From assembly GCA_010909165.1 (NCBI GenBank), contig VJWM01000025.1, positions 1,612,001-1,676,000 on the forward strand: a stretch of DNA of 64,000 nt, in the 5' to 3' direction. A model generated the notes under the pieces. That model did no database searches. It was given only the letters and a program-made list of their open reading frames with translations, and was not told where the DNA came from. This document shows positions 61,610 through 64,000 of the stretch, piece after piece. The translations under genes and the position numbers were made by a program. How positions within the stretch are numbered: the stretch's first letter is position 1; each line of letters begins with the position of its first letter. Source of the DNA: Anthoceros angustus (Eukaryota; Plantae; Anthocerotophyta).

Positions 61610-61850
61610 TCTTCCATCCATTGGTATTCTTTGCTGACTGAGTACATCCCAAGCTCCAATGTCCTACCTTCCATCCATTGGTATTCTTTGCTGAGTGAGT
61701 ACATCCCAAGCTCCAATGTCCTACCTTCGTTACGAAGATCTATAAAGCTCTCTCACTACGTAAGGTCTACAGCTCTCTCACTACGCAAGCAAGTCTCCTA
61801 CCACTAGAGTACTCTCAAGGAGCCTACCACTAGAGTACTCTCAAGGAGCT
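61610..61850. repeat. Two short tandem duplications (~57 bp x2 and ~26 bp x2)
   Basis: ttccatccattggtattctttgctga.tgagtacatcccaagctccaatgtcctacc twice; ctaccactagagtactctcaaggag twice. Confidence 0.85.
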
Positions 61851-61949
61851 CTTCGCCGGACGGAGAGGCCCGGTTGAGCAACGGAGGAGGTCCGGACTGT
61901 GTAGCCACTTGCGTTCTTTACACCTTCACAAAAACCTTATTCGGAGGAG

Positions 61950-62370
61950 ATGTCGGTCAAAGACTTGGTGATTATGACATCTTCAAAGAAAAGTGATTAG
62001 GAGGAAGTTCCACGGGTCGAATTGTACTTGGAAAACATCTTACAACCAATCGCCCAGTAGCAATCAAGGTGCTTGATTATACGGAGGATGAAGATGATTT
62101 AAAAGAGCTATTATTTGAAGCTTGGTGTTTAGAAGTTTTGGACCATCCGAATATATTGAAAATTCATAATACATATAAATGCAATGATAAAATATATTTG
62201 ATCATGGAAATGATGCAAGGTGGGTCCTTATGGATGTTATTGTAAAACAATGTGGTTTAGATGAAGACACTGCAAGACATTATTTTAGGCAAATTATTTA
62301 TGGTTTAGAATATTATCACAATAAGAGCATTTTCCATCGTGATATTAAACCAAAGAATTCACTTCTAGAA
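61950..62370 (+). pseudogene. Intronless AT-rich Ser/Thr kinase fragment (CAMK/SnRK/CIPK-like), subdomains I-VIb
   Basis: VAIKVLD..E..LDHPNILK..IYLIMEMMQGGSL..ARHYFRQII.GLEY.H..IFHRDIKP; stop and frameshifts. Confidence 0.85.
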
Positions 62371-62429
62371 CACATTCGTAGGATAGTTTCTTAGCACATG
62401 GCAGTGCGTACTCACTAACCACAAAATCA

Positions 62430-62840
62430 TCCTTCTCCTTCTCTTGAATTAAGAGATCTTTCCCAGTACCATCTCAAATAAAGATACTCCAGCAGACCAT
62501 ATATCACATGGCGCTCCTTTATAATTTGATTCTGAACGAATTTCTGGAGCCATGTATACTCTTGTTCCGGCGTAGTCGTCGTATTATGTTTTTAAGTCTC
62601 CTTTGAAAGCGCATCCAAAATCAACAATTTTTAAAACCTTGGATTTATCTAGAAGTAAATTCTCTGCTTTAATATCATGATGGAAAATGCCCTTATTATG
62701 ACAATATTCTAAACCCTAAATAATTTGCCTAAAATAATGTCTCGCAATGTCTTCATCTAAACTACGTTGTTTTACAATAACGTTTTAAGTTTCCTTTGAA
62801 AGCCCGTCCAAAATTAACAAGTTTTAAAAGATCGGATCAT
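62430..62840 (-). pseudogene. Second kinase fragment, subdomains V-IX, inverted relative to the first
   Basis: [60 protein letters not shown]. Confidence 0.85.
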
Positions 62841-63054
62841 GGCAAACACCGTGCACAACACCATCTGGTACATGCCATTTGGTTCATATTCGTTGTCTGC
62901 ATGACACTGGGCGATCAATATGATACTGCCCATAGTTGAGGGCCATCACTTATCATGCGTCTACAGCAGCTTGCTTCTAAAATGTTGGAATCAGAGATTT
63001 TGCATCTCAATTTCAGGGTAGGATGTGCTGAAGTTATTCCACAAAGAGGAGTGG

Positions 63055-63245
63055 AATAATACTCTGGATCAATGTAGCCCACGGTGCCATCGATTCCCAT
63101 TGTAGAAATATGAGTAGTTGCCTTGCTGGGAGCTAGATTGGAGATGCCGAAATCTGCCACCTAGGCATTCAAGTCGTCATCCAGGAGAATGTTGCAAGAC
63201 TTGATGTCTCGGTAGATTGTGCGGATGTATAGTATGCCACGGAGG
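63055..63245 (-). pseudogene. RLK/Pelle kinase fragment, subdomains VIb-VIII
   Basis: IYRDIKSCNILLDDDLNA*VADFGISNLAPSKATTHIST..GTVGYIDPEYY. Confidence 0.88.
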
Positions 63246-63341
63246 GGACGAACACATTTGGTACATAGCATTCTGATCATATTCGTTGTCTGCATGATAC
63301 TACCCATAGTTGAAATCCATCAGTAACCAGTATGGTTCTCT

Positions 63342-63520
63342 GACACTTTGTCTTGTCTACATCCCTCCACATGCCAGCATCTGCATACAGATTCCCAAGT
63401 ACCACATACGCTGCTGCATTTTCAGGTTCCAATTTATAACAAGCTCAAAGCATTGAGCCTCACGCTCAATATCTCCATGGCTTTGGCACGCGTTCAGCAA
63501 GGCTTTCCACCACACGACGC
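63342..63520 (-). pseudogene. PLS-class PPR E-domain fragment
   Basis: WKALLNACQSHGDIE..AQCFELVI(K)LEPENAAAYVVLGNLYADAGMWRDV, across a frameshift. Confidence 0.8.
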
Positions 63521-64000
63521 AATTCTCCCTGCCGCCCTGTAGGTCGCCCAAGCCAGCACGCAATGGAAAACTATCAGCTAACGTAATGGCCTCCAATTGC
63601 ATACATATGTACCAAGGGCTGCTTTGCGAGCCCTTGCTGTGCAGACCTAAGACTAGCGGACAAGTCTCATTAGTGCTATGCATAGGAGGAAATGTGTTTT
63701 GTACATAACATTATGATCATGATACTCACAAATCCATGAGTCCATAATGTGTGTACGGACAGCTCGCGGTTAGAACATTGAAAATCAGAGAAAAATTCAG
63801 TCCAAGATGTGCCACAACTATGAGGTACAAAGAGAACCCGTGGGGACATTGCCAGGACATACAAAAATTAGAAAACGTTGACGAACTACCTCTCTTTTAT
63901 GAGAGTTGTTTTACTCCAAGTTGTAACAAGCTATTGTTCTCCATTTTTTTTACAGCGCTAAATTGAAGCTTTATATCCAGGAAAAAATAAGATTAGCCAC

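Noticed and set aside
61311-62720. Interstitial telomere from aaaccctaaa motifs
   Set aside because: Single motifs only; the one at ~62710 is part of the kinase coding remnant

Overview
Eukaryotic, TE-dense land-plant window; the land-plant call rests on a PLS-class PPR E-domain fragment, a PLAT-type lipoxygenase and Athila-like/copia elements. It contains three related full-length Ty1/copia elements with intact 5-bp TSDs (2049-9643 CAGCC; 17184-23672 ATTAG; 45523/47619-53668 AATGA). Each has an unexplained extra ORF between the PBS and gag. A ~14.3 kb Athila-like Ty3/gypsy element with ~4.4-4.5 kb LTRs (28592-~42879) sits in intron 1 of a histone H3 pseudogene. An intact, spliced, H3.3-derived histone gene (minus, 44666-43879) has lost K9, K14 and K27 but keeps K4, K36 and the histone fold. 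Also present: a degenerate spliced DDD/E-type transposase (10286-13562) among several unidentified genes, including a spliced C2H2-finger gene; CACTA end fragments; a six-exon predicted 13S-lipoxygenase (56022-60009) with two single-base frameshifts and a 730-bp 3' duplication; and a terminal mosaic of kinase, RLK and PPR fragments. Many lesions are 1-nt indels, so consensus or assembly error cannot be excluded. No database searches were run; family calls come from motif recognition.
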